Assembly (NCBI GenBank): GCA_963825055.1
Contig: CAWGSK010000034.1
Span: 128,001 to 192,000, forward strand
Direction of reading: 5' to 3'
Source: an uncultured Gemmatimonadales bacterium
GTDB taxonomy: Bacteria; Gemmatimonadota; Gemmatimonadetes; Gemmatimonadales; GWC2-71-9
DNA length: 64,000 nucleotides
Below, in pieces: positions 63,064 through 64,000 of this stretch. Below the pieces are notes generated by a model. The model was not told the DNA's origin. It saw only the letters and a list, made by a program, of their open reading frames with translations, and did no database searches. A program made the position numbers and the translations under genes. Position 1 is the stretch's first letter. Each line of letters begins with the position of its first letter.

Positions 63064-63777
63064 ATGATCCGAGCGGATACGCGAGGCCGGTTTACCGCAA
63101 ATGACCTGCGGCTGGTGGTCCTGCTGCTGGCCCGGGGTGACGCCTGTCGGCGTGCGCGCTGGGAGGACCGGCTGCGGGCCGAAGGCCCCGATGCCCTGCT
63201 GGACCAGTCCGAGCTCTGGGAATGTCTTCTCGCCGTGCGCTCCATCCTGGTACCGAGTGAGCCGCTCTTCTTCTATGTGGCCGTTCGACACACGCTGCTC
63301 CGCATCGGCCTCGATGATCGGGAGGTTGCCGACTACCTGGCGGCGGTGCTGATGGCCTTCGGCCGTCGCGACCGCGCCTGGCGGATCGACTGGAACGACG
63401 ACCAGCGGCACGCATATATCATTGACCTCCTTGCTGACGCCGAGCAGACCGACGGCGAGCGCCGGTTCCGCGTCCTGGCCCACCTCGGTAATTACGCGCT
63501 CTGGCTGGCGGGGCTCTACCCGGACTATATCGCGGCCCGGCAGGTCAGGAGGGGCGGCCCCGCCGTGGAATATTATGACCACTGCGGTCGCCGCGGGTTC
63601 GCCGCGGCCTCCGACCACTCGCTGGCCAGCGACCACGGCCTTGACCACATCTTCCGGACCGCGGCCGAACGGTTCCCGAGCGTCCGGCAGGCGCTCAACC
63701 GCCTGAGCGACCAGGTGCTCTTCCCTACAGTCGCGACTCCCGACCGTTTGCTCCGTGAGCTAGGGTACACGAACTGA
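63064..63777 (+). CDS. Conserved-looking hypothetical protein
   Basis: 237-aa ORF with FFYVAVR, VADYLA, HLGNYALWLAG and YY..G motifs; function not recognised. Confidence 0.7.
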   Translation: MIRADTRGRFTANDLRLVVLLLARGDACRRARWEDRLRAEGPDALLDQSELWECLLAVRSILVPSEPLFFYVAVRHTLLRIGLDDREVADYLAAVLMAFGRRDRAWRIDWNDDQRHAYIIDLLADAEQTDGERRFRVLAHLGNYALWLAGLYPDYIAARQVRRGGPAVEYYDHCGRRGFAAASDHSLASDHGLDHIFRTAAERFPSVRQALNRLSDQVLFPTVATPDRLLRELGYTN

Positions 63778-64000
63778 ACCCGCGGCACGTGCCGCCTCGA
63801 TGAACGCCGCAAACAGCCGCTGATCTGGCCCCTCCGGCTCGTCATGGTACAGTTCGGGATGCCACTGGATTCCGACCATCCACCATCCGCCGTCCGCCCA
63901 CTCCACCCCCTCGATGACCCCGTCGGGCGCCTCCGCGTTGACGGCGAGCCCGGGAGCGAGATCGCGCACGGCCTGGTGATGGATCGAATTGGCCTGGAAT
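63760..64000 (-). CDS. Peptidase C26 / gamma-glutamyl-GABA hydrolase family (C-terminal part only)
   Basis: NSIHHQAVRDL, APDGVIEGVE, GIQWHPE; runs off the window edge. Confidence 0.85.
   Translation of the reverse strand, partial: FQANSIHHQAVRDLAPGLAVNAEAPDGVIEGVEWADGGWWMVGIQWHPELYHDEPEGPDQRLFAAFIEAARAAGSVRVP

Overview
A GC-rich, gene-dense chromosomal window from a diderm bacterium. Gene content and order suggest Gemmatimonadota, which is inference only. Housekeeping blocks: atpAGDC (F1 genes only, with a near-consensus Rex-type palindrome over the promoter); waaA; dnaE-accA-ricT-metG; lipA-pdhABC-lpdA-membrane protein-lipB-molybdo-oxidoreductase; thiO; TPM-nucleotidyltransferase-lemA; and a hybrid kinase-GT4-GT2-DUF3108-deoxyhypusine-synthase-like operon. 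Many secreted, lipoprotein, peptidase and outer-membrane genes lie between them. I found no rRNA, tRNA, CRISPR array, prophage or transposase. Four genes are split by five small indels, most likely assembly errors. The most unusual signals are non-coding. (1) About 12 intergenic arrays of 7- or 8-bp tandem repeats with differing unit sequences, often as inverted arms, some supplying stop codons or C-terminal tails. (2) A promoter-preceded rod-shaped element at about 25.9-26.1 kb containing a 13-nt perfect complement of the 16S 3' end and a 20-codon ORF, directly upstream of a CPBP membrane protease. (3) An intrinsic terminator inside the leader of an M23 peptidase gene. All family calls are by motif recognition; no database searches were run.
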